Source: Eubacterium sp.
GTDB lineage: Bacteria; Bacillota; Clostridia; Lachnospirales; Lachnospiraceae
Length of the DNA: 64,000 bases
Direction of reading: 5' to 3'
NCBI GenBank assembly: GCA_047242425.1
Contig: JBKTKJ010000001.1
Location: 1,529,120 to 1,593,119, forward strand
Shown here piece by piece: positions 1-10,064 of this stretch. Under the pieces are notes generated by a model, which was not told the origin of the DNA, ran no database searches, and worked only from the letters and a program-made list of their open reading frames with translations. Numbering within the stretch: position 1 is the first letter of the stretch; the number at the start of each line of letters is the position of its first letter. The position numbers and the translations under genes are program-made.

Positions 1-944
1 ATATGTTTTTTTATTCCGTCAAAATTTTTAAAATATTTTGCATGTCTGAGCTGATTAATTTTATCAAAACCGATTGTCTGAACTGTCATCTGCTCTTTGA
101 TGAAATCCAGATTTGCCTTTGATGACGCGATTGCTGCCACACCTGCGCCGGAAAAAGTAATCTTTGAAGTTGATGCAAATTCATATACCATATCCGGATT
201 TCCCGCTTTCTCACACTCTTCTATGATATCTAAAATCTTGTCCTGCTTTTCTTCCTCTTCATATAAGTGATGTACAGCATAAGCATTATCCCAGAAAATT
301 CTAAATCCCTTTGCGGCAGGCTTTAAATTTGCCATTCTTTTTACTACTTCATCCGAATAGGATATTCCTGTAGGATTAGAATACTTTGGAACACACCAGA
401 TACCCTTAATTGCCGCATCTTCACTTACCAGTTTTTCTACAAGATCCATATCCGGTCCATCTTCAAGAAGAGGAACATTAATCATTTCAATTCCAAAATA
501 TTCTGTAATTGAAAAATGTCTGTCATATCCCGGAACAGGACATAACCATTTTACTTTTTCTAATTTGTACCACGGAGTAGACCCCATAACACCATGAGTA
601 AAGGATCTTGCAATAGTATCATACATTACATTAAGACTGGCATTACCATATACAATAATATGTTCCGGATCTGTCCCCATAATATCCGCCATCATCTGTT
701 TTGCTTCCGGCAGACCATCCATTACGCCGTAATTTCTGCAGTCTAATCCATTGGATGCTTTAATCTCAGAACTGCTGTTAAATACATCAAACATCCCCAT
801 GGATAAATCTAACTGTTCTGGTCCGGGTTTTCCTCTGGACATGTCCAGACTGATATCAGATTCACAGATCTTCTGATATTCTTCCTTTAAAGATTCAAGT
901 TCCTTTTGTAACTCTTCCCTGCTCAACTGTTCATAAGCTAACAT
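1..944 (-). CDS. PLP-dependent aminotransferase (class I/II fold), C-terminal part cut by window edge
   Basis: Minus-strand frame open from ATG at 942-944 (GGAGG 7 nt upstream) to position 1. Hand translation MLAYEQLSREELQ...MSRGKPGPEQLDL...YSNPTG...STSKITFSGAG (PLP-lysine context). Not in the ORF track because it runs off the window. Confidence 0.75.
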   Translation of the reverse strand, partial: MLAYEQLSREELQKELESLKEEYQKICESDISLDMSRGKPGPEQLDLSMGMFDVFNSSSEIKASNGLDCRNYGVMDGLPEAKQMMADIMGTDPEHIIVYGNASLNVMYDTIARSFTHGVMGSTPWYKLEKVKWLCPVPGYDRHFSITEYFGIEMINVPLLEDGPDMDLVEKLVSEDAAIKGIWCVPKYSNPTGISYSDEVVKRMANLKPAAKGFRIFWDNAYAVHHLYEEEEKQDKILDIIEECEKAGNPDMVYEFASTSKITFSGAGVAAIASSKANLDFIKEQMTVQTIGFDKINQLRHAKYFKNFDGIKKH

Positions 945-979
945 AACTTTTCCTCCATTCACTTATTGTAAATTTTATG

Positions 980-1510
980 TTAATTTCTCAGCACATTTAT
1001 GTTTTTAACAACATAGTCAATCATAGATATAATTGTAAGCGCAAGAGAAATCCAGATTAAAGCCCATCCGATGATATCAAATGCTTTAAGGGGGATATCA
1101 ACGATAAGGACAATAATCATAAACATCTGAAATGCAGTTTTGAATTTTCCCCACCATCCTGCGGCAAGGACAATTCCCTGATCAGCAGCAAGAATCCTGA
1201 ATCCACTTATAAATAATTCCCTGCTGATAATGATTATGACAACCCACGCCGGAATTTTTTCAGGGCTTAAGCATATAAGTGCAGCACTGACTAATAACTT
1301 ATCTGCCAGCGGGTCCATAAACTTTCCAAAATTAGTCACCAGATTATATTTTCTCGCTATCTTTCCGTCCAGTAAATCGGTAAGACTTGCAACGATAAAA
1401 ATAGCAACAGCAATATAATTATTGTATGGTATTGAATGAATCAGCATAACTGCAACGAATACCGGAATACAACACACTCTGAATACGGTTAATTTATTAG
1501 GTAAATTCAT
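980..1510 (-). CDS. pgsA: CDP-diacylglycerol--glycerol-3-phosphate 3-phosphatidyltransferase
   Basis: 176 aa, multi-TM, CDP-alcohol phosphatidyltransferase motif DLLDGKIARKYNLVTNFGKFMDPLADKLL. Confidence 0.9.
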   Translation of the reverse strand: MNLPNKLTVFRVCCIPVFVAVMLIHSIPYNNYIAVAIFIVASLTDLLDGKIARKYNLVTNFGKFMDPLADKLLVSAALICLSPEKIPAWVVIIIISRELFISGFRILAADQGIVLAAGWWGKFKTAFQMFMIIVLIVDIPLKAFDIIGWALIWISLALTIISMIDYVVKNINVLRN

Positions 1511-1528
1511 AAAATTCCTCCTGTCTGG

Positions 1529-2872
1529 TCAATGATCTATCTCGCCAATAAAATCATAATCATTGGTTCCTGTAACTTTAACTTTGACAAAATCACCTGT
1601 AATTAGTTCTTCCTCCGTGACAATAAATATGTTACTGTCTACCCCCGGAGCATCCATATATGTTCTTCCCATATATGCATTTTCTCCTGATATACGTCCT
1701 TCAACCATCGCAATGAATATCTTTCCAATATATTTTTCAGAATTGTCAAACACAATATCCTGCTGAAGTTCCATAATCTGATTACGCCTGTCAATTTTAA
1801 TCTGCTCATCTATCTGATGCTCCATAACTGCCGCTGGTGTATTTTCCTCTGGAGAATATGTAAAGACACCCAGTCTGTCAAACTCCATCTCATTCACAAA
1901 ATTCATTGTAATATTATGATCTTCCTCAGTCTCTCCGGGAAAACCGGTAATCAGCGTAGTTCTGAGAACAATTCCGGGAATTCTGTCTCTCAATTTCCAT
2001 ATAATTTCCCGTAATTGTTTATTGGTGGTCTTTCTGCCCATTCGCGCCAGAATATTGTCACTGGCATGTTGAATCGGAATATCCACATATTTGCATATTT
2101 TATTTTCCTGTGCAATTACGTCAATCAATTCATCATATATTTCCTCCGGATAACAATAAAGAATTCTGATCCACTGTATTCCGGAAATTTCCGTTAATTT
2201 CTTCAATAATATATGGAGGGATTTTTTTCCATAGAGATCAACCCCATACATTGTAGTCTCCTGCGCAACAAGAATTAACTCTTTCACTCCTCTGTCTGCA
2301 AGCTCCCTTGCCTCTTTCAAAAGAGTTTCCATTTCAACACTTCTGTAATTTCCTCTTATCTTTGGAATAATACAGTAAGTGCAATGTTTATCGCACCCCT
2401 CTGCTATTTTAAGATAAGCATAATTTCCCGGTGTTGACAGATTTCTTGGTGCATTTATCCCTGCCGGCAAATCTATGTCTTTTAAAAGCTGAACAGCTTT
2501 CTTTTTTTGCAAAAATTCCTCTATTGCTTCTACAATGCCGTCAATTGCCGTTGTTCCAATACATATATCTATTTCTGGAATTTCACTTTTAATTTCTTCG
2601 TGATACCTTTGCGCCAGACATCCTGCCAGAACCAAAGCCTTGCAGTTGCCTTCCGCCTTGTATCTTGCCATCTCAAATATGGTATTGATGCTCTCTTCTT
2701 TTGCATCATTGATAAAACAGCAACTGTTTATTATGATAATGTCCGCCTGAGTCTCATCATCTGTAAATTCATAACCGGCAGCCCCTAAAATACCTGACAT
2801 ATGCTCTGAATCCACAAGATTTTTGTCACACCCAAGGGATATGAACAATACTTTCAACTGACTTCTCCTCAT
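1529..2872 (-). CDS. rimO: ribosomal protein S12 methylthiotransferase
   Basis: 447 aa. N-terminal LGCDKNLVDSE MTTase motif, radical-SAM CDKHCTYC, C-terminal TRAM-like region. Confidence 0.9.
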   Translation of the reverse strand: MRRSQLKVLFISLGCDKNLVDSEHMSGILGAAGYEFTDDETQADIIIINSCCFINDAKEESINTIFEMARYKAEGNCKALVLAGCLAQRYHEEIKSEIPEIDICIGTTAIDGIVEAIEEFLQKKKAVQLLKDIDLPAGINAPRNLSTPGNYAYLKIAEGCDKHCTYCIIPKIRGNYRSVEMETLLKEARELADRGVKELILVAQETTMYGVDLYGKKSLHILLKKLTEISGIQWIRILYCYPEEIYDELIDVIAQENKICKYVDIPIQHASDNILARMGRKTTNKQLREIIWKLRDRIPGIVLRTTLITGFPGETEEDHNITMNFVNEMEFDRLGVFTYSPEENTPAAVMEHQIDEQIKIDRRNQIMELQQDIVFDNSEKYIGKIFIAMVEGRISGENAYMGRTYMDAPGVDSNIFIVTEEELITGDFVKVKVTGTNDYDFIGEIDH

Positions 2873-2880
2873 TTCAACAT

Positions 2881-2907
2881 AAGAAAAAGTGTCGTTTTCG
2901 ACACTTT
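2881..2907 (-). terminator. rho-independent terminator after rpoZ
   Basis: aaagtgtcg-tttt-cgacacttt hairpin overlapping the rpoZ stop, followed on the minus strand by TTTTTCTT. Confidence 0.65.
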
Positions 2908-3145
2908 ATTCTTCATCATCTCCTAAAATTCTAATTTTAGAGTCATAAAGTTCATCAACAGCAACTGATAAAGGCTTCTTTCCCTCTGCATGTTCTACCA
3001 GTGGTTTATCTCCTGAGATAATCTGTCTTGCTCTTTTTGATGTTGCCATTACAATTGAATATCTGCTCTGAACTACCGGCTGTTCGCCATCTTCAACCTC
3101 ACTATTTGCAACTGCCATTAAATCTGAATATGATGGATGTAACAT
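2906..3145 (-). CDS. rpoZ: DNA-directed RNA polymerase subunit omega
   Basis: 79 aa with SRYSIVMATSKRARQI signature, directly downstream of gmk as is typical. Confidence 0.9.
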   Translation of the reverse strand: MLHPSYSDLMAVANSEVEDGEQPVVQSRYSIVMATSKRARQIISGDKPLVEHAEGKKPLSVAVDELYDSKIRILGDDEE

Positions 3146-3148
3146 AAT

Positions 3149-3775
3149 TTATTCTCCTTTCGAAAATTTCAAAATATCATCTTTTATTTCCCGAACACGT
3201 TCCTCACTTGGTAATTCCGGTTCAGTATCTGTTGCTATTTTATTAATATTACTAGCACATTTATCTATTTCATCGTTGATAACGAAATATTCATAGTATT
3301 CCATAAATGCAGTTTCCTCAGAAGCTTTCTTAAGTCTTTTCATTATAACTTCCGGTGATTCTGTCTGTCTTCCTTCAAGTCTCTTTTTGAGCGTTTCAGC
3401 ATCCGGCGGCAATATAAAAACCAAAACAGCTTCCGGCTTTTCTTTTTTTACTTTCAGCGCACCCTGTGTCTCAATTTCAAGAATTACATTATTACCGTTA
3501 TTAATATTTGTCTCCACAAATTCACGGGGAGTTCCATAATAATGATCTACATAGTTGGCATACTCAAGTAATTGATTTTTTTCAATCATGCTCTCAAACT
3601 GCCCGTTTGTCATAAAATGATAATGTATTCCGTCTATTTCATTTTCTCTTGGATTTCTCGTTGTGGCAGATACTGAAACCTTATAATTAGAATATTTATC
3701 CTGTATATATTTTACTACAGTTCCCTTTCCAACCCCGGAAAATCCTGAAATAATTAATAATTTTCCTTTATCCAT
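3149..3775 (-). CDS. gmk: guanylate kinase
   Basis: 208 aa. P-loop GFSGVGKGT, then TTRNPRENE and YHF motifs. Confidence 0.93.
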   Translation of the reverse strand: MDKGKLLIISGFSGVGKGTVVKYIQDKYSNYKVSVSATTRNPRENEIDGIHYHFMTNGQFESMIEKNQLLEYANYVDHYYGTPREFVETNINNGNNVILEIETQGALKVKKEKPEAVLVFILPPDAETLKKRLEGRQTESPEVIMKRLKKASEETAFMEYYEYFVINDEIDKCASNINKIATDTEPELPSEERVREIKDDILKFSKGE

Positions 3776-3779
3776 AATC

Positions 3780-4658
3780 CTACTCTATATTCTGAATTTG
3801 TTCTCTCACTTTTTCAATGTCTGTTTTTAACTCAATTGCCCTGTCAGAGATTTCAGAATCCGTTGTTTTTGATAATGTTGTGTTTGCTTCTCTGTTCATT
3901 TCCTGTGCAATGAAATCCAGCCTTCTTCCAATAGTTCCACCTTTTAGCAATGCTTCTTTCATCGCCTTAATATGACTGTCTAATCTGACCAGTTCCTCAT
4001 CCACAGAAACTTTGTCAGCAAAAATTGTAACTTCCTGTACAATTCGCGCCTCATCAACCTGGGTATCTTCGAGAAGTTCGCGTATTTTTGTAGTTATTTT
4101 TTCTTTGTACTCAGATACAATAATCGGAGACTTTTGGGTAATAAACTCTACATTGGTAATCATTCCATCCAGCTTGTTCAGCAAATCATCCTTCAGCCGC
4201 TCTCCCTCCGAATGCCGTGTTTTTACCAATCTTTGTGCTGCCCCATCAATTGCCTGAATTACAAGTGAAGTAATCACTTCTTCATCATCTTCTTCGCTCT
4301 CAATTGTGACAACATCCGGACTTCTCATAATATGGCTTGCCTTGACATCGTTATCGATTCCAAGCTGTTCACTGATTCGTGAATAGCAGTCAAAATATTC
4401 TCTGGCAAGTATGGGATTATAACGCACACACTCGTTGCCCGTGCCAAGGTTTTCATATGTAATGAAAACATCAACCTTTCCTCTTTCCACATACTTTTTC
4501 AGTTCGTTCCTGATATCACTTTCAAGGAAATTAAGTTTCTTTGGTAACTTAATACCCAGTTCCAAATATCTATGATTCACAGATTTTATTTCTACGGATA
4601 CCTTTCTATCACCTTGAGAAACCTCAAATCTGCCAAATCCAGTCATACTTTTTAACAT
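3780..4658 (-). CDS. yicC: YicC family stress-induced protein
   Basis: ORF track gives 3780..4712. I prefer the ATG at 4656-4658 (MLKSMTGFGRFEV) with AGGAG upstream. YicC N-terminal TGFG and C-terminal QEMNREANT motifs. Confidence 0.85.
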   Translation of the reverse strand: MLKSMTGFGRFEVSQGDRKVSVEIKSVNHRYLELGIKLPKKLNFLESDIRNELKKYVERGKVDVFITYENLGTGNECVRYNPILAREYFDCYSRISEQLGIDNDVKASHIMRSPDVVTIESEEDDEEVITSLVIQAIDGAAQRLVKTRHSEGERLKDDLLNKLDGMITNVEFITQKSPIIVSEYKEKITTKIRELLEDTQVDEARIVQEVTIFADKVSVDEELVRLDSHIKAMKEALLKGGTIGRRLDFIAQEMNREANTTLSKTTDSEISDRAIELKTDIEKVREQIQNIE

Positions 4659-4794
4659 TTTTATCTCCTGCATAAGGGGTATTACCCCATAATTCACTTT
4701 ATTATAATTCAAAGAAGGCTTACCGTCAAGGTTGACTTAATAATGAAATGATTATACACTATTTTAACAGAAATAAAAATAAAGGAGTACTATT

Positions 4795-6531
4795 ATGGCT
4801 TTCGATGGAATCACTGTTTCTGCACTGGTCGCAGAATTTAATGATAAATTATCCGAAGGACGAATCTATAAAATAGCGCAGACAGAATCGGATGAACTGA
4901 TGCTTACAATCAAGGCAAATAAATCACAGTTTCGTATGCAGATTAGTGCAAATGCAAGTCTTCCACTGATATATCTGACGGATACGAACAAGCCCAGCCC
5001 AATGACCGCCCCGAATTTTTGTATGCTTTTGAGAAAACATATTAATAACGGAAGAATCATTCATATTACCCAGCCTGGACTGGAACGTATTATTGATTTT
5101 GAAATCCAGCATTTGGACGAACTGGGAGATATCCGGACGAAACATCTCATTGTGGAACTTATGGGCAAGCACAGCAATATTATTTTTACCGATCACAATA
5201 ATATGATTATTGACAGTATTAAGCATGTCACTTCTGTTATGAGCTCTGTAAGACAGGTTCTTCCGGGCAAACCATATTTTATCCCTGATACAATGGGGAA
5301 GCATAATCCTCTCGAAACATCAAAACAGGATTTTATGTCTATTGTATTTTCAAAACCAATGCCTTTATCCAAGGCAATTTATACTTCATATACCGGTATC
5401 AGCCCGGCAATTGCGGAAAATCTCTGTTACGAAAACAAACTGGATTCCTCGATGCCTGCAAATGTATTAGTTCATGGAGACCAGAATCTAATCTGGATGA
5501 GTTTTTATCAAATGATTCATAAAATTGATTATAAAAATTTTACTCCTGTTATATATGAAAAGAACGGAAAACCAGAAGAATTCAGTGCTCTTCCTTTATC
5601 AACCTACTCCGACTGTTCTTCCACGGATTATGACAGTATGAGCAGACTTTTGGAAGATTATTATGCGCGAAAAAATCTCTATACCAGAATGCGCCAGAAA
5701 TCTGTTGATTTAAGGAAAATTGTATCCAATGCACTGGAACGTGACAGAAAAAAATATGATCTTCAATTAAAACAGATGAAAGATACAGATAAAAAAGATA
5801 AATATAAAGTCTATGGAGAATTGCTTACAACCTATGGCTATTCCATTGAACCGGGTACCAGAGTGTTTGAAACAGTGGATTTTTATACCGGAAAAGATGT
5901 AAAGATTACATTGGATGACACGCTTTCCCCGATTGATAATGCCAAAAAGTTTTTTGAGAAATACGCCAAACTAAAACGTACACAGGAAGCATTGTTCGAT
6001 ATCATAAAAAACACAAAAGCTTCCATTGATTATCTTGAATCCATTAACGTTTCAATCGATATGGCATCCAATGAGTCTGATTTAAAAGCAATCAGCGAAG
6101 AGCTTGTTCAGACAGGATATATAAAACATAGAAACGGTAAAAACAAAAAAGAAAAAAATACAAGCAAACCTTTGCATTTTCTTTCCTCTGATGGCTTTCA
6201 TATGTATGTGGGAAAAAACAATCTTCAAAATGAAGAGTTAACTTTTAAGGTTGCTACCGGAAATGACTGGTGGTTCCATAGTAAAACCTTTCCCGGATCC
6301 CATGTTATCGTAAAATGTGATAACAAAGAGCTGCCTGATGCAACTTTTGAAGAAGCCGCAAGACTTGCTGCCCATTATTCTAAAGGTGCTACCCAGGATA
6401 AGGTGGAGATCGATTATATCCAAAAGAAACATGTAAAAAAAGTGGCTGGAGCAATGCCGGGATTTGTTATATACCACACCAACTATTCTATGACAATATC
6501 ACCGGATATAAGTGGGATTGAAGAGATTTAA
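4795..6531 (+). CDS. rqcH: ribosome quality control protein RqcH / fibronectin-binding protein A family (NFACT)
   Basis: 578 aa. NFACT-N-like N-terminus (MAFDGITVSALVAEF), coiled-coil middle, C-terminal DWWFHSKTFPGSHVIV NFACT-R motif. Confidence 0.85.
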   Translation: MAFDGITVSALVAEFNDKLSEGRIYKIAQTESDELMLTIKANKSQFRMQISANASLPLIYLTDTNKPSPMTAPNFCMLLRKHINNGRIIHITQPGLERIIDFEIQHLDELGDIRTKHLIVELMGKHSNIIFTDHNNMIIDSIKHVTSVMSSVRQVLPGKPYFIPDTMGKHNPLETSKQDFMSIVFSKPMPLSKAIYTSYTGISPAIAENLCYENKLDSSMPANVLVHGDQNLIWMSFYQMIHKIDYKNFTPVIYEKNGKPEEFSALPLSTYSDCSSTDYDSMSRLLEDYYARKNLYTRMRQKSVDLRKIVSNALERDRKKYDLQLKQMKDTDKKDKYKVYGELLTTYGYSIEPGTRVFETVDFYTGKDVKITLDDTLSPIDNAKKFFEKYAKLKRTQEALFDIIKNTKASIDYLESINVSIDMASNESDLKAISEELVQTGYIKHRNGKNKKEKNTSKPLHFLSSDGFHMYVGKNNLQNEELTFKVATGNDWWFHSKTFPGSHVIVKCDNKELPDATFEEAARLAAHYSKGATQDKVEIDYIQKKHVKKVAGAMPGFVIYHTNYSMTISPDISGIEEI

Positions 6532-6571
6532 GTATTATTGTTTACCCTGTGGTTTAACAATAATAATATAT

Positions 6572-6601
6572 AAAGCGGGAAGGTAAATACCTTCCCGCTT
6601 T
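6572..6601. terminator. bidirectional terminator between convergent rqcH and glgA
   Basis: aaagcgggaaggt-aaat-accttcccgcttt, 11-13 bp GC-containing stem flanked by A/T runs. Confidence 0.7.
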
Positions 6602-6614
6602 CCTATGCCTGAAT

Positions 6615-8057
6615 TTATCCAAGCAAATCTTTATATAACTGTTCATATCTCTCTGCTGAAGCTTTCCATGAAAAGTCTGTTGTCATAGCTCTGTCAACCA
6701 TCTTATTCCAATCACGTTTCTTATCATAGTAAACATGCTCAGCATATCTTACAGTACCCATCATTTCATGTGCATTATAATTGCAGAATGAAAATCCTGT
6801 ACCAGTATTTTCATATTCATTATAAGGTTGAACTGTATCTTTCAAGCCACCCGTCTCGCGAACAATCGGTAATGTACCATATCTCAGACTCATCAACTGA
6901 CTGAGTCCGCAAGGTTCAAATAAAGACGGCATAAGAAATGCATCACAGGCAGCATAAATCTTATGGGAAAGTTCCTCGGAATAATAAATATTTGCAGAAA
7001 CATCTTTTCCGTACTTCCAATCAAAATGTCTAAACATATTTTCGTAGCGTTCTTCGCCTGTACCAAGAATTACAAACTGTACTGCATCCTGACACAATTC
7101 ATCCATAACACAGGCAATCAGATCAAGTCCTTTCTGATCCGTAAGTCTGCTTACCAAACCAATCATCATCTTTTTAGGATTTACTTCAAGTCCTAATTCT
7201 TTCTGAAGTTCTGTCTTATTCTTGACTTTTTCTTTTCTAAAGTTTTCTTTAGAATAATTATGAGGAATATACTGATCTGTAGCCGGGTTATATTCATCAT
7301 AATCTATTCCATTAACAATTCCTCTAAGGCAGTTAGACCTTGCTCTCATAAGTCCATCAAGACCTTCGCCATAAAATGGAGTTTTGATTTCTTCAGCATA
7401 TGTATCACTTACCGTTGTGACCATATCCGCATACACAATGCCGCCCTTTAAATAATTACCGTCATCATAGTCTTTTAACTTGTCCGAAGTAAAGTAATAA
7501 TCTGATAATCCGGCAATATCCTTAATCGTATCAACATCCCACACTCCCTGGAACTTTAAATTATGAATTGTCATAATTGACTTTATTCCGTTGTAAAAAT
7601 CTCCGTAAGAAAAACTATCTTTCAAATATACCGGAATAAGTCCTGTCTGCCAGTCATGACAATGAATGATGTCCGGTCTGAAATCAATAACAGGAAGGGC
7701 AGACAATACCGCTCTTGAGAAAAATGCAAACTTTTCAAGGTCATATCTTATGTCGCTGTAAGGCTTCGGTCCCGCAAAATAATATTCGTTGTCAATAAAA
7801 TAGAAAGTTACCCCTTCATATTCCATTTCCAAGATTCCAACATACTGTCTCCGCCAGCATAAATCCATATAAAAATGATTCACGTATTTCATCTGGTCTT
7901 TCCATTTTTGATCAATGCACATGTATTTTGGAATAATTACACGAACATCATACTCTTTTTTATCAAAGCATTTAGGAAGTGAGCCTACAACATCTGCCAG
8001 TCCTCCCGTTTTTATAAAAGGTACACATTCTGAAGCGGCAAATAACACTTTTTTCAT
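6615..8057 (-). CDS. glgA: glycogen synthase (ADP-glucose type)
   Basis: 480 aa with N-terminal ECVPFIKTGGLADVVGSLP signature and GT5 layout. Confidence 0.92.
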   Translation of the reverse strand: MKKVLFAASECVPFIKTGGLADVVGSLPKCFDKKEYDVRVIIPKYMCIDQKWKDQMKYVNHFYMDLCWRRQYVGILEMEYEGVTFYFIDNEYYFAGPKPYSDIRYDLEKFAFFSRAVLSALPVIDFRPDIIHCHDWQTGLIPVYLKDSFSYGDFYNGIKSIMTIHNLKFQGVWDVDTIKDIAGLSDYYFTSDKLKDYDDGNYLKGGIVYADMVTTVSDTYAEEIKTPFYGEGLDGLMRARSNCLRGIVNGIDYDEYNPATDQYIPHNYSKENFRKEKVKNKTELQKELGLEVNPKKMMIGLVSRLTDQKGLDLIACVMDELCQDAVQFVILGTGEERYENMFRHFDWKYGKDVSANIYYSEELSHKIYAACDAFLMPSLFEPCGLSQLMSLRYGTLPIVRETGGLKDTVQPYNEYENTGTGFSFCNYNAHEMMGTVRYAEHVYYDKKRDWNKMVDRAMTTDFSWKASAERYEQLYKDLLG

Positions 8058-8135
8058 ATCTTTTCCTCCATCGTAATTTATTTTTTATCTCTTATGTATA
8101 TAATACTAAAAATATCCAACAATTGAAAGAGTTAT

Positions 8136-8957
8136 TTATCTACATTTATATTCCAATCTTATTTTATCCGCAATTAATGCAATAAATTCTGAATTAGTGG
8201 GTTTTCCTTTTTCAGCATTAATGGTATACCCAAATAATTCATCAATCGTATCCATCTTTCCTCTGTTCCATGCCACTTCAATTGCATGTCTGATAGCTCT
8301 TTCAACCCTGCTGGAAGTAGTCTGAAACTTTTTGGCAATTGTAGGATATAAAATCTTTGTAATGGAATTAAGCATCTCCGTATCATTAACACACATAATA
8401 ATCGCTTCTCTCAAATATTGATACCCTTTAATATGCGCCGGAACACCCACATCATGAATAATACTTGTAACATCACTTTCAATGTTTCTATCCATAAACT
8501 GCTTTTTATCTTCATAAGCTGCAATAATTTTCTTGTTTTCCGGTATTTTTTTATTGTAATTTTTCGCACTTTTTATTCTGTCTACAATCATGTCCATCTC
8601 AAAGGGTTTCAGCATATAGTATCCTGCCCCATAACCAAAAGCATCTTGAATTACAGTCTCATTGCTTATGGCTGAAGTAATGATAAAGAAAGGATGTCTG
8701 ATAAGGGTACCATCCCTGTGAATTTTATCCATCAGAGATAAGCCATCCATTTTCGGCATAATCAAATCCAAAATTACAACATCCGGATTATTTTTTCTAA
8801 TTAATTCGTAAGCTTCCTCTCCATTTTTTGCTTTTCCGATAATATTGATATCTTCATCTTTCGTTAAAGTTTCACAAATAGTGTCTATGATTTTTTCGTT
8901 GTCATCAACTACTGCTACATTAATCTTTTCTATCCCCTTATTTATACTTTTATTCAT
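8136..8957 (-). CDS. spo0A: sporulation master regulator Spo0A
   Basis: 273 aa. Receiver domain (VAVVDDN...[13 protein letters not shown]) plus Spo0A C-terminal signature [12 protein letters not shown]...[19 protein letters not shown]. Confidence 0.95.
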   Translation of the reverse strand: MNKSINKGIEKINVAVVDDNEKIIDTICETLTKDEDINIIGKAKNGEEAYELIRKNNPDVVILDLIMPKMDGLSLMDKIHRDGTLIRHPFFIITSAISNETVIQDAFGYGAGYYMLKPFEMDMIVDRIKSAKNYNKKIPENKKIIAAYEDKKQFMDRNIESDVTSIIHDVGVPAHIKGYQYLREAIIMCVNDTEMLNSITKILYPTIAKKFQTTSSRVERAIRHAIEVAWNRGKMDTIDELFGYTINAEKGKPTNSEFIALIADKIRLEYKCR

Positions 8958-9015
8958 ACTTTCCTCCTGTTTTTTGTCAAATTACAGTACTGTTTGAATT
9001 CATTTGACAAAGACG

Positions 9016-9044
9016 ATTATAGTTTTTATTTCATCCAGATTCAA
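9016..9044 (-). promoter_or_regulatory. candidate sigma-A promoter for spo0A
   Basis: On the minus strand TTGAAT-17 nt-TATAAT (plus-strand attcaa 9039-9044, attata 9016-9021), about 60 nt upstream of the spo0A ATG. Confidence 0.4.
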
Positions 9045-9072
9045 CTTAAAGAAATCGCATAAAAAACTATAA

Positions 9073-9079
9073 TTCGACA
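9073..9079 (-). promoter_or_regulatory. candidate 0A box (TGTCGAA)
   Basis: Minus-strand TGTCGAA matches the TGNCGAA Spo0A-box consensus. It lies just upstream of the candidate spo0A promoter, consistent with the autoregulation known in Bacillus. Confidence 0.35.
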
Positions 9080-9180
9080 AACAGGTTTACATATAAAATT
9101 TTATGTATCAGAATCAGATTAAATTTTCCATGAAACCCAAAATATAAAGTCGATAAAACCAGAAATTTGTCAACAAAAAA

Positions 9181-9942
9181 TTAATTGATATAAACAAGCA
9201 TTTTTTCTTTTTCTGACAATTCTATCTCGTATCCGTCACGAAGTTCATAATATACCTTCGGGCGCAGCTCTGTACCATTAACTTTGGTTCCATTTGTAGA
9301 ATCATAGTCAGCAATTCTGTATTTTCCGTCTTTATATGAGATAATTGCGTGGATTTTTGATATATATGACTCCGGAATCACTATATTGGCATTCTCCCTG
9401 CCGATTGTAAATGGTGTCTTGTTGATGGAATACTTTTTGTTATTATAGATAACCATAGCCGTTGTTTCCACGTCAGGCATCGGCTGGGATGGTCTTCCGT
9501 AATGCTTTGTTGCAGATTTCTGTCTTTCCGTATTTTTCTTTTTACGCAGTTCCAGATTATATTCCGTAAAAGGATTAATCACCATTCCATTCAGATCATC
9601 ACACTCATTCATATAAGAATATGCCGATGAAGCTGACATTCTTACCAGCGAAAAATTTTCCATATAGTCACGTGGAATCTGATCATATGTGGTAAATATC
9701 GGAAGAAGCCTTGCTCTTCCCCCGTCTTTTACGATATCCGGTTTTAAAGAAACCCCTTCTATATCTTCTCCAAATATTTCACTTTCTTCAAAAGTGGCTC
9801 TTGCCGCCACAATAATTTCTGCATCATGCAAAAGTTCCACGATATCTTTCTTTTTCACTTTTTTTTCCGGTTTTTTATTGTATTTTTTTATCAGGTCTTC
9901 TATCTGATAGACCAATTCTGAGTTATTAATTCTTTTAGCCAT
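9181..9942 (-). CDS. SseB-like N-terminal domain / FHA domain protein
   Basis: 253 aa. C-terminal FHA pattern (FTIGRENANIVIP...ISKIHAII...STNGTKVNG). The N-terminal LLPIFTTYDQIP region resembles the SseB family. Confidence 0.65.
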   Translation of the reverse strand: MAKRINNSELVYQIEDLIKKYNKKPEKKVKKKDIVELLHDAEIIVAARATFEESEIFGEDIEGVSLKPDIVKDGGRARLLPIFTTYDQIPRDYMENFSLVRMSASSAYSYMNECDDLNGMVINPFTEYNLELRKKKNTERQKSATKHYGRPSQPMPDVETTAMVIYNNKKYSINKTPFTIGRENANIVIPESYISKIHAIISYKDGKYRIADYDSTNGTKVNGTELRPKVYYELRDGYEIELSEKEKMLVYIN

Positions 9943-10064
9943 ATCTTTCCCCTTTATTTTTTTATTTTATAATGCCAAACGCCATGCTTTGGCGATTATG
10001 CAATGTGTTTGCAGTCAATTAGATTTATTATACTACATATTTCAACTATTTTCGCATTAAATTA

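Noticed and set aside
9983-10003. Hairpin gccaaa-cgccatgc-tttggc downstream of spoIVB
   Set aside because: There is no U-tract on the relevant (minus) strand and the stem is short, so it is not called as a terminator.
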